A stretch of DNA of 61,833 nucleotides, filler included, from Nemertoderma westbladi (taxonomy: Eukaryota > Animalia > Xenacoelomorpha): assembly GCA_032718475.1 (NCBI GenBank). It is 3 parts of 3 records of this genome, joined end to end, with 100 filler letters (N's around TTAATTAATTAA, not from the genome) between each part and the next. Parts side by side here need not be neighbours in the genome. Positions count along the whole stretch, not along the records: positions 1 to 21,096 come from JAUCBJ010003354.1; 2 more parts are not named here. One strand, given 5' to 3'. The translations under genes were made by a program, and so were the position numbers. Below are positions 1-13,035 of this stretch, in pieces. Under the pieces are notes generated by a model. It did no database searches. It saw only the letters and a list, made by a program, of their open reading frames with translations, and was not told where the DNA came from. Numbering within the stretch: the first letter of the stretch is position 1; each line of letters starts with the position of its first letter.

Positions 1-20
1 CAACTGAAGCGAGCACTAAC

Positions 21-812
21 CTTGGTTCAGCCGATCCATCAGTCGCAGCAGTAGCCACTGCCGGTATGATCTTCTCATAAAGATCTTTAGTCGAACAAAT
101 TCTATCGACTCCGAGTTGTTGTACGCAAGTTAGTAGATGGCTAGCGCAGCACTTACGCACGGCCGCATTACGGTGGCTGGAGTATAACAAGGAACGTGTT
201 AAATAGACCAGGAATTTAGTGTAAAAATAAACATTGTGCAGCAGTTTAACTGCCCACACCAAATAGATTAGAGTTCACATGATCAGCATAAGGTTTATAT
301 TATAGATTTCATATTAAAAGCACTAAATTTTCGAAATATGAAGTCATAAAATAGGAAGTTAATTTTTTTTTCAAATATTTTAATGATAATTAATAATTTC
401 TAAATAATAATCTATAATTACATTACATACAATGCTAGTATTAGGTGAAATTATTACGTATTGGTTGTATTTATTCGAGTATATCAAAAAGCCCGTCAGA
501 GTTACTAGAGTCCACTGTTCCAAAAGTCCGAAAGTTAATTAGTTAAAAATATGAAATATATAGTAAAATGGAAACATTAAATAAATAAAATATTATATTC
601 ATTTTTATCATTCAAAACAATAATAACCCAGTCGGAATACAACAAATAAATAGGTAGACGTACTTGGTTCCTCCATTAACTAGAGAACTTGCTGCTTTCG
701 AGACAGACACATTGGAAACCATAGCAACAATGGATTTATCTACGTCATCGCGAATAAATCCATTAGAATCGCCGTATTTATGTAGGAGAGTTGAGGTAAT
801 GGGATCCAATTC
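21..812 (-). CDS. TOGARAM1: TOGARAM1/crescerin (FAM179)-like TOG-domain protein, two exons (664-812 and 21-176); the gene continues off the left edge
   Basis: Spliced translation ELDPITSTLLHKYGDSNGFIRDDVDKSIVAMVSNVSVSKAASSLVNGGTN-HRNAAVRKCCASHLLTCVQQLGVDRICSTKDLYEKIIPAVATAATDGSAEPR resembles the HEAT repeats of the crescerin TOG3 domain. GT-AG boundaries have compatible phases. Confidence 0.85.
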
Positions 813-1327
813 CTTTAACAAATAATAAATTCGTATTATAGAAATTACGACCAATATCATAAGATACAGTTCTCACTTAACAACATTGAGGGAATGTATT
901 TGGGGAAATCTTATCATCGTCCAAACCCATCCCCACTCTGCATGTAATGAGAAGTCTCGCCAGCAAATGCTGTCGTACATGACTTTGTAGATGTCGTGTT
1001 TGTATGATAGGGAGGGATAGGGTGATCAGCTTTAAATTTAAAGTTCTAATGAAATAAGCTAACTGTAGTTGCGAAGGCACGTTTTTTTATAGGCCCTATA
1101 TAACTTGTTTACAAAATCGATACAACGTCCTCCTAGTTGGGGTTTCTCATCATGTTTAGTAGCTAGTATTTATCAACACAATGCTGCCTGACGACGGTCT
1201 TCCGTACGGAGTCCGAAATATTGTTCCGTTTAATCACTTACGATAATTTAGCTGGTATTATTTTTAAAATTCACTTTTCTGTCCTGCTCTTCCGGTGAAT
1301 TTTCAAGATGTAATATTGCACTTTAAA

Positions 1328-1434
1328 TCCCGGCAAGAAAAAAAGACTTGCTTGACCGTTGAAATACTTGCTATTTACTTATCCCGGCAAGAAAAAAAGA
1401 CTTGCTTGACCGTTGAAATACTTGCTATTTACTT
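1328..1434. repeat. Direct duplication of ~53 bp
   Basis: atcccggcaagaaaaaaagacttgcttgaccgttgaaatacttgctatttactt occurs twice in tandem. Confidence 0.9.
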
Positions 1435-2721
1435 TCTTCCGGAACAAAAGTTAATTACCGTTAAAGCAAAGTGCATCAGCACTTCGTTAACTATAGGAGG
1501 AAAGACAATTAAAGAATTAAATTACATAATAAAAAAAAATTGTATGAAAAATAAATAGCGTTATTTATATTATGACGTCGATGGATTGGGCGGAAAACTT
1601 TCCTAGCTGCCACCTAATAAACTGATGTCCGCTTCAAATAGATTAACTCTGGATACTGTTGGTCTAGTTAGATAATTGACTCTTGCAAGATTTAACATTT
1701 TCGATCACTTAAGAAATAAAAAATAGAACATAAACGCGAAAAATATTAGTTTAAAAAGATTTAAAGAAATTATCTAAACGGATTTATAGCAGTTCGGATG
1801 AAGGATAAAGAGTTGCGGGGAAGGAGGAATTGAGACCCAGACACACCTAGAGTTAGAGTAGTGCATCGGTCTCTCTGTAACCTATCAAATATTTGTGTTA
1901 TATAATTTAGGTAGACAAACACCCGAGTCATAAGATTGTATTGTAAATAATACGTACTTATGAAACCCAACCCGGGTCTGTTCTCTAAGGTACGTCTATT
2001 CCAGTAAGAATACGCATTACACATTTCTATTGTTGTTTTTTGTGTCCCCCCCCCCCCCCCCCTGTAATGGACCCTGGTTAACTATGATGTACAGCTCCAA
2101 TCATACAAACACTGGCTATCATATTAAAGAACCCCCTTTCCCATGTTCGCTGTCCACATTTCAGCCAATTGCATGTTAGTATATTCATTCCTTAGTGGCT
2201 AGTTTAAAGTTATGAAGTCGGGGTGTGTCGCTTGCTTTGTCCCAACCCCCCCCCCCCCCCCCCCCCCCCCCTCCTATGAACCGCATTATTTTATAATATA
2301 GTATGACAATTGGGTACAATATATACATTACGTAACAGAGTAGACACCCTACGAAAATGGCATTAAAGGTGGGACTTAAAACCCAAATAGAGCTAGTGGA
2401 GTAAAATTTAATAGCTGTTCATTGTGCTCATCAAATTCTCCTGTTTATTCTCAAGTTTATAGGTTTTGAAACAAAAATTTTTGACGAAAATCCCATCTCC
2501 AGTTTGGCCACTTTTAGTGATTTTGACCCACCCACATAAAACAATATATTATTCGTTATTACAGATTGCCTATATATTCATTAAACTCTCGAAATAAACC
2601 CAAACCGAATGGTGATAAAGAAATGCAAGTCTAACGATGCCAATATTAATTGCATTAGTCAACTCGATATTAATTAAACACAACTCGATCCACCAGTCAG
2701 ACATAAATCAACCGGAAGTCC

Positions 2722-3255
2722 CTATTTGTACAGAGTTCTCGGTCGTTTCGTGGTGAACCTCGGCCGGTTCCAGTTCCCAACGACGCGATGCGGCAACGGA
2801 AACCGAATATGCGAGTCGCGGAACTGCAGAACGTGCGGTCGTCGGCAGTCGGCTGGTTTAACCTCGGCCACTCTCAGGATCGTTATATTGTGGGCGCGGG
2901 CACGATGTCGGGCGCCCATCTCCCGGTAACACGACGTGACGGCCCCCGAGGTGGTCAGGTCGCGGTACTCCTTGTACATGTTGTGCGTCCCGCTTCTACT
3001 GTCGTAACGGAGCCAAACCCCAAAGTTCTTGATCTTCAGCGGCCGTTTCTCGTACAACTCTCGGACGTTAATGATCTCCCCGTTGCTCCGTTTAACTTTC
3101 TTCATCTTCTTTATAAAGTACCAGAACCTCGATTTGGCGACTATATCGTCAGGCGCGAATATCTTCATCTTGTAAAGAGGAACGACTTCTGATTTGTCCT
3201 TCGGAACTTTACGTCCGATAACTTCGTATTGACGAAGATTTCCGCGGAATTTCAT
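2722..3255 (-). CDS. RPL18A: 60S ribosomal protein L18a (eL20), intronless CDS, nested in a TOGARAM intron
   Basis: 177-aa ORF with [48 protein letters not shown] and FPLPHR motifs. Confidence 0.97.
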   Translation of the reverse strand: MKFRGNLRQYEVIGRKVPKDKSEVVPLYKMKIFAPDDIVAKSRFWYFIKKMKKVKRSNGEIINVRELYEKRPLKIKNFGVWLRYDSRSGTHNMYKEYRDLTTSGAVTSCYREMGARHRARAHNITILRVAEVKPADCRRPHVLQFRDSHIRFPLPHRVVGNWNRPRFTTKRPRTLYK

Positions 3256-4261
3256 GTTTTATTAGGCTGTTAACTGAAGGCTAAATGCGCCCCACCACTC
3301 CAATCAACACTTACCGGTAACAGTCTGACAGTAGGGTTTTTGGTAGAAGAGGAGATAGAACTAAGACTACCGGTAACGCGGTAACTGACTAAATAGTAAT
3401 TATTAAGTACTGAATTACGCTACCGGTAGGCCTACAACCTACTACACTACTGCACTACTACAGTACTGTAACCCTGCAAGTAACTGAGTACTGGAGTAAC
3501 CCTGTAACCAAGCTGCCAAAACAGTTTATTATCAGCTATCAGGTATCCAGTATCAGCTAACTGGCTAAGTAGCCAGTCAGGCCAGGCTACGGCTACCCAC
3601 CAGCCCGCTACAATACTACACTACGACTACAGCACGAGCACAGTAGTTGGTAGGCCTACTTGGCAGCTTGTTAAAAAGTAACCTTGTGCAGCACTTATGC
3701 CGCTCCCGCTACCTGGCTACTGACAGTGTGACAGACTGACAGGGACTACACACTACTACAGACTGAGGTCAGGAGGTGACAGCGACAGCGACAGCGACAG
3801 GCCTTGGGAATAGTGATACAGTGATAGGACAGGAGCACATGACTGCATGACACTGGCTGACTGTGACAGTCGCAGACTTGCAGTAATGTAAGCTACTAAC
3901 TGCAACACTGACTGACTACGTACAGCCGTCAGGACGTCAGGTCGTCTGGTCGTGACGTAGTCAGGTAGTGATTATTCTTCACTCGTCTGCTCTTGTAGAC
4001 TATATTCCAGGACATGGTGTAGATACATACAGATTTAGCTGAGACCATACGGGTACAACTGCTTTTGTATGTGAGGGCAGCATTCAATATAATAAGCGAA
4101 AAAAATAAATAGATAACAGAATCCATAGCATCACGTACAATCACTCTCGTGGGGCCAAGTAATTCATATCAGCTTATCATACGGATATGCAATTATTTAA
4201 GATGTAATATTATGGTTTTGTTCAGAAATGGAAAAAATGAGAAAGCGCGTCACCGGCGGTT

Positions 4262-4322
4262 GAACCAGCGCTATACGTACGTTTCAGCCTATCAGGCCTC
4301 ATCAGTGGCGCTAACCAGTTCA
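4262..4322 (-). ncRNA. Minimal type I hammerhead ribozyme (Penelope-like-element type)
   Basis: The minus strand reads AGCGCCA CUGAUGA GGCCU-GAU-AGGCU GAAAC GUAC GUA^UAGCGCU. It has the full catalytic core, stem II, a palindromic stem III (ACGUACGU), a GUA cleavage triplet and stem I AGCGC/GCGCU. Confidence 0.75.
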
Positions 4323-5689
4323 GCCACGTGTCCCTGACATTCACTATCCCACCTAATCCACTTCTATTGAACAGGCACTCTTAAGATGCATATCCTATTA
4401 TTTTAACAATTATTTAAACAGTTACATAGTCGTCCTCTAGCGAGAAACCGGGGAACTGCTGAGCCCGCACGCAATCTATTTCAGGTTTTGACAGACTACA
4501 TGAGTAACACTAGTAGCGGTACACTTTGGTGCACTACCAAATTGAATTTTCATCGAAGATTGATTGAGATATATGATTGATTAGCCTTCAAACACTTGCC
4601 TACAAACAGACCGACAAACAGACAGACAATGGTTGAAACACAGGTAGCTCATCCCACAGTGGAATTTTCGATTATTTCCGGATATACGTGTTTGCGTCGA
4701 CTTTGTGGTTCACAAGCCCCAATATACCAGATTCAACAATGTAGCGGCAACACCAAGTCACTGACCTGGTTGGTGTCCTGATTTTAATATTATTTTAATA
4801 TTTACTATTGATTTTAAAATTAAGAAAATCATCTGCCTGACTAATTCTATATATTTTAGACAAGATTTTTAAATTATATTTATATTTTTTACTAATTACT
4901 GTAATCGTGCTATATTATATCTTACTATACAGTACGTGATACTGGATTTTTTTTAGACTAGGCCTACTGTACTTACTGTACAGTGTACATAATATATTTT
5001 AATGTGATTTTTGCTATTCTCGTACGTTTTTACTTTTAACAATACCACTGGTTGCAATCCACATTGCTCGTTTTTACACTATATACTGTATATACAGTGT
5101 ACATATATTGTACATAATATATTCCAATGATATTTTGCTATTATTGTGTAAAATATATGAGTATTAGGGTTGGGGTGGTTAATACTTAAAAATGATGGTG
5201 TATAATTATTTTATGTATAGGCCTACTGTATATGTATTTTAGCCATCTACAGAGTAGGAACTACCGGTACTACTGTATGTGTTTTAAAGCGTCATTAAAT
5301 AAACTTCAATGCTATATTTAATCCTAAAGACTGTTTATTATTTATTTATTTATTAATAATTTCTACATAGCGTAAGAACATTCACAACATAATGATTAAG
5401 AATTTAGTTTATTCATAATATAATAGGCCTAACTAACAAACAACTTAAAGTGCACTGTGCAGTGTGCACACGTAGTCTAGTAATAATGGTGTGTAAATTG
5501 CAAACCATATGTGATATAAAATTCGTCAAAAATTATTAGTGTATTGCAACTGCGCATATAAAATGCATATTATATTAAAATATTATGCAAATCGAATTCG
5601 TCAATATTTTACATATGATTACTAATGAGTACAACCAATCACTCAAACCACCAATGAATACCTACATACTGTACATTAAACCGTGCTAA

Positions 5690-6095
5690 GCACGATGAGC
5701 TGGATCTCTGACATTTCGCCCCCTAGTGGCAGACATAGGAACTGTAAAAGTATGTCTGTGTGTAGAATTTCTAATTAAGCAATGCTCGTAGACTACCAAA
5801 TTTCAGATGAATCCGATGGCTGGTTCTATAATTACAGCTAATTTTAAGTTTCTGTCAATTCGCCCCCTAGCGGCAGACAGAGGAACTATATAAGTCTGTC
5901 TCCGCGTATAATTTTTGCTTTTGATAGACTACATGTGTACCAAGTTTGGTTCCATTTCATCTATGATTGACCTCCTTATTAGCGTTCAAACAATAAACCC
6001 AGCCAGCCAGCCAAAAACACAGCCAGCCAGCAACAAACACAGCCAGCCAGCCAGCCATAAACAAATAAACTAATAATAGCTACAGGGACTCGAGT
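5690..6095. mobile_element. Non-autonomous repeat with two ~144-bp subrepeats and a (CAGC)n microsatellite, possibly Helentron/HINE-like
   Basis: ttcgccccctag(t/c)ggcagaca..ggaact.taa is duplicated near 5715 and 5859, and (cagc)n runs occupy 6000-6057. Confidence 0.4.
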
Positions 6096-6402
6096 AGAGC
6101 TCCAGTGATTATCTACCACAATTATGAATTATTCCCAATTCGGTGGACGTAAAACATCAGGCCACGGACTTCTACCGCGGATTCGCCTCATACGAATATA
6201 TTATTGATTAAGATATAGGGTTGGGTTACTTGACAATTTTGGCCACCACTCCTGTATCAGAAGCGAAAGTTGTCTACTGGGATCTAAAGTCCCTCGGATT
6301 TATGTCTCCTGGGATCTATTAATTGTCACTCTATCGTCGATTTTTTGTAAAGAAAATTCGTACTCATGATGTTATGATCAACTTGTGCACCCGTCTTCTA
6401 TC

Positions 6403-6485
6403 ACCAGGATGGCCGAGTGGTTAAGGCGTTGGACTTAAGTTCCAATGGGTGTTATCCCGCGTGGGTTCGAACCCCACTCCTGGTA
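6403..6485 (+). tRNA. tRNA-Leu(UAA)
   Basis: Acceptor stem ACCAGGA/TCCTGGT+A, D-arm TGGCCGAGTGGTTAAGGC, anticodon stem TTGGA-CTTAAGT-TCCAA, long variable arm, T-loop GGTTCGAACC, and a downstream TTTT. Confidence 0.95.
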
Positions 6486-7167
6486 GTAAAATTTTGCATT
6501 TGTTTTAAATCTACTTGAAACTTCTTGTTTTAAATCTACTTGAAACTTCAAACACCGATTCACATTCTGTTTTTTAATTTCCAAGTAATATAATCAAAAT
6601 AATAGTCCAGTCAATCTAGCGAAAAAGAGGGGTAACCAAAAACTAATTCGCAATTCATTCAAAGCACATTTTTTTGACTCTACATTATTTTGCTAATATT
6701 ACCAAAAAAATCTGTTAAAAAAAATAAATTAGGCGGATCACTTTGTGCGATGTAACCTCGCCTCAAAAACCCTTATCTCCAAAAAGTTTATTTGTTATAT
6801 TATTTAAACTATTGTGGTTTTTAAACTAGAAGAAATTTAAACTAACAGAAATAATAATAAATTACACCTACAATCAATAGATCAATCACTCTTTTATTAT
6901 GTGAAAATCTTCACTAACATTAATGGAAATTATGACATTTCCTTGCAGAGGAATGTTATATTTTTTTTTACATCAATTACCTTAATATATCGTGAAATTT
7001 TTTAAATATTTAAAAATTGGATTCGATTTACCGAGATTCGAGATATAACAATTGAAGCCCTCATACGCAATAGGTAGTAAGTACGATTTTGTCAACATTG
7101 AGTTAGACATTGATTCTGGTACATTTTACTGTGCTAAATCAATAGTCATGAAGATATTTACATTTAA

Positions 7168-7432
7168 AAGATACTCCTTATTAGCATTGAGTATCAAAAA
7201 GGAGTAAGTGAGTAAGATACTCCTTATTAGCATTGAGTATCAAAAAGGTGTAAGTGAGTAAGATACTCCTTATTAGCATTGAGTATCAAAAAGGAGTAAG
7301 TGAGTAAGATACTCCTTATTAGCATTGAGTATCAAAAAGGTGTAAGTGAGTAAGATACTCCTTATTAGCATTGAGTATCAAAAAGGTGTAAGTGAGTAAG
7401 ATACTCCTTATTAGCATTGAGTATCAAAAAGG
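7168..7432. repeat. 46-bp minisatellite, ~6 copies, with an internal hairpin
   Basis: Unit aagatactccttattagcattgagtatcaaaaagg(a/t)gtaagtgagt, containing the inverted pair gatactc/gagtatc. Confidence 0.95.
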
Positions 7433-8905
7433 GGTAATAAGTGAAAGGAGCCATTAAAACAACTTGAATCACTATTTCTTGATTGGTTTTAAACCGGGTA
7501 CCTACCTAGCAACGCCATCAGCTGGTTTCAAAATATGCCATATTAATAATTAGCAGGGGCCCTTTAAAATACTGAACTAGAGTAACTATTAAGGACCCCT
7601 TAAAACAACTATAAACACTATTATTCATGATTGAATTTAAAGGAGTTATCAGGATGCAGTAAACCCTACAGTACTCAAACACCTGTCAGCCGGTACATAA
7701 CAGTTGTATAACGCTCAGATTGGAATTCGCTTTCATTTTATTAATACAGAAGCTACCTACTAAACAGCCCGACTGCTAGTTTGCTTTCATTGTATTAAAA
7801 CGATGCCTAATCGTCTGTACTTATACTGTCCAGTTCTATATTGTATTGTGAATTGGAAATTAAAGTGATAGCGATTAGCTATCGGATAGCGAACTGCATT
7901 GGGAATTTTTTGGACTGGGCCGTCTCCCAGTATTGAATTGAATACACAAATAAAAGTGAATAAATATCTGTGCAGTAGAACTTTATTAGTTTTGTGCATC
8001 GTGTTAAGGAATGGTGGGGAAATCCTAGCCTTTATAGTTTTTCCGGTTTTTCGTAATTACGATCTAATTACTCTCCTCACCTCATTTCGCTGCGAATTTT
8101 GATTGAGTTTTTGCCCTGTGCAGTAGTGTGTTCTGTGCTAAATTGAAAAATATGTTTGATGTAGGCCTATATTGTACTACACAGTAGTATATCATTAAGT
8201 ATCTCTTTAACTATACCATTTTGTACTGTTGGTATAGTACTGCAGGAGTTACTGCAGTTAATCGTGTATTAGTTGCGGTAAGAATTATAAAAATAAAAGA
8301 TCATTGAATACCTATTAATAGTAAATACCATTCAGGTAATGTGACATGGTGCATATGTCTAATGGAGGAGAAATTGTAGAGGTGAACTTAAATAATATGA
8401 CAGAATTTGTAAATTGGAAACAGATGTTTGAAATTAACACAAAGTAATCTTTCATGAAAAGGAATTCCTGGAAAGGTTTGATGGTGTAACTGTATTACAC
8501 AACTGCAAACAGGTGAACACTACAATCCCATTTTATTATATAAACCTGAAGGTGGAGAAGACACATCAATTAATATTAAATACTCGGCCCTAACAGACAA
8601 TGATTTTATGATTATCATCCAAACTGAGTACCAAATTCAATCAATGCCAGAAGGACGTTTCACAATAAATCAATGTCTGAAATAAAAACCTTCAGCCATT
8701 TCATATTATTGTTTATAATCCTTTCTTCCTGATTGATACCTGGCACATTCTAGGCCCAAACTTTTTGTGAGGTCATAAATCGACTGAAGTATCCCAGTCT
8801 GCCTCTAGGTGGTAAAGGTGATTAGGGGAGATCTGCTTAGATTTAGCTTCTAATTATTTCGAGTTGATACTTAACATAAGTTTATGCCACGTGTTGCGCG
8901 AAGTC

Positions 8906-11900
8906 ACGAGAAAGGCATTTCCTAAAGGAAATGCAACCACGAAGCTAAGGAAAATTAAACAAACGGCCACACTTTGGTTCGTTGCTTAGCCTAGTTTAGT
9001 AGCAATTGTCAATAATTAACTTCTATTCCCATGGAAACTAGAGTTCTCTGGAACTGTTGCTTTAACCTTTGAAAAAAAATTCAGTACAGATTGTGGTTCA
9101 GATAACACATATACTGAGTTTCAGAAAATATTGTAGTTTATGTCCAAATTACCGATTTTCTATCAAAATGCATCTGTTTGCAGTGGTTGTCATGGAAACT
9201 GAAAAATAGAACAATGTAATTCGGATGCAGAATATGTCATATAATGGGGGTAGGTCTTGGTCCCAAGTCATAATACTATTAACTTGTGCTTCAAATTATC
9301 ATTTTAGAAATTTTAACATCTGTTTAGTCTTGTTGCTATGGTAATTGGATTGTGTAATTAACCTCGAATGGATTGTATATGGACCGGACCTTACAGATGA
9401 CTTGCAAAACCCCAAATTTATATTTATTACATTATTTTGCTGCAAATAGAGTATTGAATTTAGACTTGAATGATATCGACTTTAATAAACTCCAGTTACC
9501 ATGGTAACAAGATATTTATGGAATGTTTTAGGTTTTACTAAAAGTTCCAACTAGTGGTCCAGATAACACATATCCAATTTCGTAAAATTTTATCGCGAAG
9601 TCTATGTCAAAATGAGTTATTTTTGTATAAAAACATCTGTTTTCAGCGGTTGTCATGGTAACTGCAAAATTAAACAATGAAATTCGGACGCAGAATAAGT
9701 CATATAGTGGGGGTAGGGGTTGGTCCCAAGACATAACACATTAACCTTAGGCTTCAAATTAACATTTTATAAATTTTAACATCTGTTTAGCCCGGTTGCC
9801 AAGGTAACTGGAATTTCTATTTAACCTCAATCGGCTCTGCTATGGACCTTATAGTTGAGTTGAGAAATCCCAAGTTTATATGTATTATAGTTTTCCTACA
9901 AATAGAGTTATAAATATTGACTTGAAATACATAGACTTTTTTCTAAGTCCGTTGCCATGGAAACCAGATTTTTCCTGAATATGAGACCCATCCCACACGA
10001 CGCGCCTCGATGAGTAGTACATACATGCAAAATTTCAGGGTACTTTTAAAGGCTAGTTTTTTCCCCGACCAAAAAAAAACAAATCTGCCCCACACAAGTA
10101 AAATAGCCCACTATGAATAGACCATCTCAGCTAAGGAAAATCTTTCTTAGCGAAAGTATTTGATTTTCCTTAGCTTCGTGGATTTGAACAGCTAGATCGA
10201 ATTTCTGATATGTAGGGTACACGGTATGGACAGTACGGTTAACAGTATACAGTAGTTACACTGCAGTACGTACGGCATCCGAAAATTTCATCTCGGAAAT
10301 TGAGAGCCTAATACGGAGGTGCCAACAAATTTCAGAAGATGAGACATTTTCAAACTTAAATACGAGAAAAGCATTTCCTAAAGGAAATGCAACCACGAAG
10401 CTAAGGAAAATTAAACAAAGGGCCACAATTTGGTTTGTTGCTTAGCCTAGTTTAGTAGCATTTGCTAATAAATAACTTATATTCCCATGGAAACTAGAAT
10501 TCTCTGGAACTGTTGGTTTTACCTTTGAAAAAAGATTCAGTCCAGATTGTGGTTCAACACATACCAAGTTTTGAAAATATTGAGTTTATGTCCAAATTAC
10601 CGATTTTCTATCAAAATGCATCTGTTTGCAGTGGTTGTCATGGAAACTGAAAAATAGAACAATGTAATTCGGATGCAGAATAAGTCATATTGTGGGGGTA
10701 GGTCTTGGTCCCAAGTCATAATACTATTAACTTGTGTTTCAAATTATCATTTTAGAAATTTTAACATCTGTTTAGTCTTGTTGCTATGGTAATTGGATTG
10801 TGTAATTAACCTCGAATGGATTGTATATGGACCTTACAGATGAGTTGCAAAACCCCAAATTTATATTTATTACATTATTTTGCTACAAATAGAGTTTTTA
10901 TTGAATTTAGACTTGAATGATATAGACTTTAATAAACTCCAGTTACCATGGTAACAAGATATTTCTGGAATGTTTTCAGTTTCACTAAAAGTTCCAACTA
11001 ATGGTCCAGATAACACATTCCCAGTTTCGTAAAATTTTATCGCGAAGTCTATGTCCAAATGAATTATTTTAGTATAAAAACATCTGTTTTCAGCGGTTGT
11101 CATGGTAACTGCAAAATTAAACAATGAAATTCGGACGCAGAATAAGTCATATAGTGGGGGTAGGGGTTGGTCCCAAGACATAACACCTTAACCTTAGGCT
11201 TCAAATTTTCATGTTTTCAGCGGTTGCCATGGAAAGTGAGATATAGAACAACGTAATTCGGATGCAGAATAAGTTATATAGAGGGGGTAGGGCTTGGTCC
11301 CATGTCATAATAGCTTTAACTTTTGCTTAAAATTATCATTTTATAAATTTTAACGTCTGTTTAGCCTGGTTGTCATGGTAACAGGATTTTTTAATTTACC
11401 TCAATCTGCTCGACTATGGCCCTTGTAGTTGAGTTGAGAAACCCCAAGTTTATATCTATTGCGGTTTTTCTACAAATAGAGTTATGATTATAGACCTGAA
11501 TGATATAATCTGTAATAAACTCCAGTTACCACGGTAACTAGATATTTCTGGAATGTTTTGAGTTTCACTAAAAGTTCGAACTAGTGGTCCAGATAACACA
11601 TATCCAGTTTCGTAAAATTTTATCGTGAAGTCTATGTCCAAATGAGTTATTTTCGTATAAAAACATCTGTTTTCAGCGGTTGTCATGGTAACTGCAAAAT
11701 TAAACAATGAAATTCGGACGCAGAATAAGTCATATAGTGGGGGTAGGGGTTGGTCCCAAGACATAACACATAAACCTTAGGCTTCAAATTAACATTTTAT
11801 AAATTTTAACATCTGTTTAGCCCGGTTGCCAAGGTAACTGGAATTTCTATTTAACCTCAATCGGCTCTGCTATGGACCTTATAGTTGAGTTGAGAAATCC

Positions 11901-12673
11901 CAAGTTTATATGTATTATAGTTTTCCTACAAATAGAGTTATAAATATTGACTTGAAATACATAGACTTTTTTCTAAGTCCGTTGCCATGGAAACCAGATT
12001 TTTCCTGAATATGAGACCCATCCCACACGACGCGCCTCGATGAGTAGTACATACATGCAAAATTTCAGGGTACTTTTAAAGGCTAGTTTTTTCCCCGACC
12101 AAAAAAAAACAAATCTGCCCCACACAAGTAAAATAGCCCACTATGAATAGACCATCTCAGCTAAGGAAAATCTTTCTTAGCGAAAGTAGTTGATTTTCCT
12201 TAGCTTCGTGGATAATAGTACGAGAAAGGCATTTCCTAAAGGAAATGCAACCACGAAGCTAAGGAAAATTAAACAAACCGCCACACTTTGGTTCGTTGCT
12301 TAGCCTAGTTTAGTAGCTTTTGCCAATAATTAACTTCTATTCCCATGGAAACTAAAGTTCTCTGGAACTGTTGGTTTAATCTTTGAAAAAAGATTCAGTC
12401 CAGATTGTGGTTCAGATAACACATCGAGTTTCAGAAAATATTGTAGTTTATGTCCAAATTACCGATTTTCTATCAAAATGCATCTGTTTGCAGTGGTTGT
12501 CATGGAAACTGAAAAATAGAACAATGTAATTCGGATACAGAATAAGTCATATAATGGGGGTAGGTCTTGGTCCCATGTCATAATACTATTAACTTGTGTT
12601 TCAAATTATCATTTTAGAAATTTTAACATCTGTTTAGTCTTGTTGCTATGGTAATTGGATTGTGTAATTAACC
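8906..12673 (-). mobile_element. Cluster of three Helentron-associated (HINE/DINE-1-like) non-autonomous elements: 8906-10183, 10362-12214, and truncated 12220-12673
   Basis: Each copy has sub-terminal inverted repeats ccacgaagctaaggaaaat / attttccttagcttcgtgg, a terminal palindrome gcatttcc-taaa-ggaaatgc beside one subTIR, a short extra inverted copy near the other subTIR, and internal tandem subrepeats. Copies are near-identical. Confidence 0.7.
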
Positions 12674-13035
12674 TTTTCGAATCTTTTTTTTCACATCCTG
12701 GGGTTGAGCTGTGTCGATTGTTATAACTTTCATTGACGGACTAGCTATAGCTTCGGAGGAGTTCACCCGATATACATACATACATACATACATACAATCA
12801 TAGTGAATACTTTTACAGTAAGAAGTCCTAACGAAAAAATAAACAAAATCTAAACCATTATTGAGAGAAAGCTCCCTCTGGTTTTGTAGAATATTATTAT
12901 TATTAGGACACAAATTAGTAAATTCGTAAATTCAATCGACTTCCATAGGGACAATGTTAAATGATAGAATCCGGATCCTGATCCGGATCCGCGTTTTACT
13001 CTGACCCTACAAGTAGTCTCTATGTTGGCACTCAC

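Noticed and set aside
877-1080. Possible extra TOGARAM exon
   Set aside because: Exons 13036-13228 and 664-812 already join colinearly, and this ORF has no TOG similarity.
9528-11764. Three similar MSWDQPLPP ORFs as a gene family
   Set aside because: They are subrepeats of the Helentron-like element with variable stop positions.
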